Positions 59,788 to 64,000 of a stretch of DNA of 64,000 bases are shown here, in pieces. Within the stretch, counting starts at the first letter, position 1. Every line of letters starts with the position of its first letter. The translations under genes and the position numbers were made by a program. Source of the DNA: Eledone cirrhosa (Eukaryota); NCBI GenBank assembly GCA_964016885.1, contig OZ024743.1, positions 363,134,001 through 363,198,000 on the forward strand, read 5' to 3'. The notes beneath the pieces are model-generated. The model was not told where the DNA came from, searched no databases, and saw only the letters and a program-made list of their open reading frames with translations.

Positions 59788-60126
59788 ATATTATTCAAAA
59801 TATTAATAAATGAAAAATATTCTCATAATCAAAATATATATTTTATTATACATATTTTAAAGGTACAATGGTGTTTAAGTACGTTTTCATCAGATAAAAT
59901 ATAAGATTGGATATGCGACATACTGCTACGGTTTTGATAATTCAATTCCAATACTGCCACTATTGGAATTGAATAAACAAAACCATAGCGGAATGTCGCA
60001 TATCCAATCTTATATTTTATTTAATGAAAACGTACTTAAACACCATTGTACCTTTGAAATATGTATAATAAAATATATATTTTGATTATGAGAATATTTT
60101 TCATTTATTAATATTTTGAATAATAT
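59788..60126. repeat. Near-perfect palindrome, ~166-bp arms, 7-nt loop
   Basis: ttcaattccaata-ctgccac-tattggaattgaa at the centre. Confidence 0.96.
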
Positions 60127-60789
60127 TAAATACTCCAGGAAAATCTTGTCGAGTGCTTCTAATCTATAGTACAATTGTATTCGCTGAATAATCAACGAAC
60201 CATATTAATCTTTGGTTATATATATACCATTGTACCATATATATATATATATATATATATAAATGGAATAGAATGAAACGAAATTTCATTTCTCACTCTT
60301 AGTACGGCACTTACTTAAATGTAAGTATGTATGTATACGTACATACATATATGTATACAGACGTACAGTAGCATGTATATATATACATACAGGCACACAT
60401 ATATATATGCACGTATCAGTTTACCGAACATTTATTATAATGCTCGGTTTGTTCGTTTGTAAACAAACAAACAGCCTGAATTACGCCGTACAGTGTTTAG
60501 GCAACCACGTCACCTTTTTGTTCAACACTGACACAGGAACGATGTACTAGTTTCAAGCTTATTAGCTATCGTCAGCACCGTATACCTTTCTGCCAGATGG
60601 TTGAACGTCCGAAAGTATATACTTTCCTTATGAAAATTAACGGCTGAACAGCCTAATTTGCATATCGAGTGAGTTCAGTCGGCCAGGCGCACCGAAAACG
60701 ATAAATGGAATAGAATGAAACGAATATATATATACATGCTACTGTACGTCTGTATACATATATGTATGTACGTATACATACATACTTAC

Positions 60790-60791
<2 letters not shown>

Positions 60792-60860
<69 letters not shown>

Positions 60861-60990
60861 TGTATGTATATATATATGTATGTATATATATGTATATATA
60901 TATATATAATATATATATGTATATATATATGTATATATATATATTATATATATATACATATATATATGTATATATATGTATATATATATG

Positions 60991-61045
<55 letters not shown>

Positions 61046-61101
61046 ATATATATATATATGTATATATATATATAATATATATATATATATGTATATATAT
61101 A

Positions 61102-61132
<31 letters not shown>

Positions 61133-61148
61133 ATATATATATATATAT

Positions 61149-61200
<52 letters not shown>

Positions 61201-61238
61201 TGTATATATATATATATATATATGTATATGTATATACA
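60792..61238. repeat. Long compound (TA)n microsatellite
   Basis: Read directly; many shorter (TA)n, (TG)n and (TACA)n tracts occur throughout the window. Confidence 0.97.
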
Positions 61239-61298
61239 TCGTTTTTGTATTTGTTTGGCAAGATTTCTTATCTGAAAACGTGTGTTGAAAAAGATATT

Positions 61299-61646
61299 GT
61301 TATAATTTGGGAGGGTCATGCTGCCAAATATTCACACCTGTTGGTTTTCACTTCAATTTATTACAAATTTCTAGTTAGTTGGTTTAGTAACTAAAAACAC
61401 ACTAGCTGATCGAACACATATGCACACCACACAAAACACAAAAACAAGATGGTGTAGGACAAAACAAAGGAAAGACACAAAATAACAAATTAGTCACTGA
61501 GGTCACAGAATGTGTGACAAAAGAGCTTTGACAATAAATAAACAAGCATCCGGTCATTAAACCAACCAACTGGAAATTTATAATAAATTGAAGTGAAAAC
61601 CAACAGATGCATGCGCTTTTATTGGCAGCACAACCCTCCCAAAGTA

Positions 61647-61650
<4 letters not shown>
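61299..61650. repeat. Imperfect ~95-bp terminal inverted repeats (MITE-like)
   Basis: gttataatttgggaggg...ctgttggttttcacttcaatttatta / taataaattgaagtgaaaaccaacag...ccctcccaaagtataac. Confidence 0.8.
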
Positions 61651-61721
<71 letters not shown>

Positions 61722-61797
61722 CGAAGGAAATGTGGTAAGGAACCAGATGGACCATAACGCACCAAAGTACTCAATACTTAGGATAGTAGAGTGGGTA

Positions 61798-61918
61798 ATA
61801 GGAACAAGTAGGACCCCGCGGCTGATCTCAAGCCGTTTCGACGGCTAATTCTGGACTAAAATAGTCCAGAATTAGCTGCCGAAACGGCTTGAGCTCAACC
61901 GTCGGGGTCCTACTTGTT

Positions 61919-61923
<5 letters not shown>
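61798..61923. repeat. Palindrome, ~61-bp arms, 3-nt loop
   Basis: ataggaacaagtaggacccc...ctaattctggacta-aaa-tagtccagaattag...ggggtcctacttgttcctat. Confidence 0.93.
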
Positions 61924-61982
<59 letters not shown>

Positions 61983-62014
61983 CATATACCTATATACATA
62001 CATATACCTATATA

Positions 62015-62217
62015 CAGGGTGTATTAAAAAGGTTATGTTCCAAAAGGTTATATTTTTGAAACAAATGACTATAATCATGCAGATGTACAATACATGTCCA
62101 AATATAAAGACTTATTCTTTGTTTTATAACTTTTATCAATTATTTTAAAGTTATTTACATAGTGATCATTTGTAAAAATTGTAAATAAAATCAGATGATT
62201 CATTTTAATACACGCTG
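62015..62217. mobile_element. Tc1/mariner-type MITE
   Basis: TA-cagggtgtattaaaa ... ttttaatacacgctg-TA. Confidence 0.7.
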
Positions 62218-62225
62218 TATAAACA

Positions 62226-62288
<63 letters not shown>

Positions 62289-63310
62289 ATTTGTATATAT
62301 ATGTATGTATATATATATATACGTGTGTGTGTGTGCGTGTGGATATATATTTGTATATATCAATCAATGTTTGTTGCTCAGCCAAATGTAACTGCCATAC
62401 AATATCATGTACCAACACTTCATTTTCAACAAGTCTCTTCTCAATCTTTTTAATCGATCATATAAATTTGTTTATTGATGTAAATTAATAATTTAAATAA
62501 TTAAAACATTATTCTTCATCGTTTTCTTTTTATTTTATATCCTTCTTTCTATTCATTCTATCTTCATGTAATTCTCTTAGACATAGCTGTGTGGTTAAGA
62601 AGTTCATTTTACAACTACGATATTAGGTTCGATCCTACTCTGTTTGACAATAGCTTCTCAGAAAATGTTTAAGTTAGACATGACCTGGGCCAATACTAAC
62701 CGAAACCTATCAAAGTTATATCTAAGACTAGAAACCAGAGAAAGGAAGAGGTATTGGAAAAATGTTTGTGCATTTTGCTAAAATTTAACTTTCGGGCCCT
62801 GTGCGCCAAAGTTTAAAAACAACAAAAACATTCAGATCTTCTTATTGTCTTTTAAAACGAAATATGTGTTCTTTAACACTCCTTGTTTACAATTAATAAA
62901 GAATTGTTTGAATGATAATCAAATAATAGATCTCATGCTGATCTAAATGTTTTAAATCGAACTTCAGTGAGAAAATACATCGCTGCCAAGCTATTTTACC
63001 TATCCCATTATGAAGCTGAGAGTTGCCTCCCTTATAAACGCATCATACATGCTTACATTCATGCATACACGTATACATACATTCATACATACATACATAC
63101 ATACATACATACATACATACATACATACATACATTCCCACGCAGACATACACTCGCGCACACACACACACACACGCACGCACACATGTATTCTTATGTAT
63201 CTCAGTGTAGAATATTTATAAATTATAGATTTAGCATTTATCTAGAATCCTAGCTCATAATAATCAATTTCTTATATTAGGAAACAACTGTATATTTAAA
63301 TTGATTGAGT

Positions 63311-64000
63311 TTAAATTAATTCCGATTTAGCACTATTTATCCGAACACAAATACTCGGGCATTCGTATAGAGACATCAGCGTAGCAAGAAGCTGACCATC
63401 GATCCCATACTCCTGCAGAACCTTCCACAGCAGGTTCCGAGGGACATGGTCATACGCCTTTTCGAGGTCGACAAAGCAACAATACACCTCTAACGATTCC
63501 TCGAAGACCGGCTGTGTTGTGAATATTTGGTCGGCTGTGCTGCGTCCGATGCGAAAACAGCACTGTTCATCTGTTAGTTTGGACTCGACAATCTCCCTGC
63601 ATCGCTCTGCCAGACATTTAGCATAGACTTTACTGGGGAGGCTTAACAAGGAGATCCCTCTGTAATTAGAACAATTTCTCTTATCTCCCTTTTTTGAAAA
63701 TTGGGATTATCACTCCCGATTGTCATTGCTTTCCAGAGATCCAAGCCACCCGGCACACATGAGTCAGCCAGAGAATACCTTCTCTATTTAAGTCTTTTAA
63801 CATCTTGGGTCGAATTTGATCTTCCCCAGCGGCCTTGCCACATATGTGATCTTTAACTGCTTTTGTGACCTTAGTCTCTGAGAGATTAGTCATGGCTCCC
63901 AAATGCACCTCGTGTGCATCCGAAAATGCTGTTTTGATCGGGTTTAGGAGATCAACAAAGTATTCTCCATCTCGCCAGGATGGACCTCTCTGGAGAGAGG
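63311..64000 (-). mobile_element. Rex3/Expander-like RTE RT fragment (runs off the window)
   Basis: GKAAGEDQIRPKMLK, NYRGISLLSLPSKVYA, CFVDLEKAYDHVPR. Confidence 0.88.

Noticed and set aside
60715-61319. YI-rich ORFs here and at other (TA)n tracts; poly-K/poly-S ORFs at 48240-48529
   Set aside because: Microsatellite translation artefacts.

Overview
AT-rich, microsatellite-laden eukaryotic DNA. The repeat landscape ((TA)n, (GAT)n-tailed RTE LINEs, tRNA-derived SINEs) suggests an octopus/coleoid mollusc; that assignment is inference. The window holds one apparently complete + strand PHLPP-family gene (RA-like, PH, LRR, PP2C-like domains, long S/T-rich tail, C-terminal PDZ-type motif SYL). I reconstructed 16 coding exons by hand from 4996 to 58735. 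All introns are GT-AG and phase-consistent, giving 4497 nt / 1498 aa from the ATG at 4996; several exons are missing from the ORF track. The introns are filled with mobile DNA: a full-length RTE-clade LINE with an intact 1145-codon ORF and a C4HC3 PHD-type finger inside its RT region, many truncated relatives, Rex3/Expander-like RTE fragments, two SINE families, non-autonomous Helitrons, mariner/pogo/piggyBac-type MITEs, Penelope-like fragments with minimal hammerhead ribozymes, and a hierarchical 20/60/680-bp minisatellite. A cluster of long palindromes lies just 3' of the stop codon. The most interesting signals are the PHD-bearing RTE with apparent (TA)n targeting and a partner SINE, two twin-priming-like LINE inversions, hammerhead-containing palindromes, and a degenerate PHLPP phosphatase site. 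Exon coordinates are read to the base; boundaries of decayed repeats are approximate. There is a 200-N assembly gap at 24968-25167.
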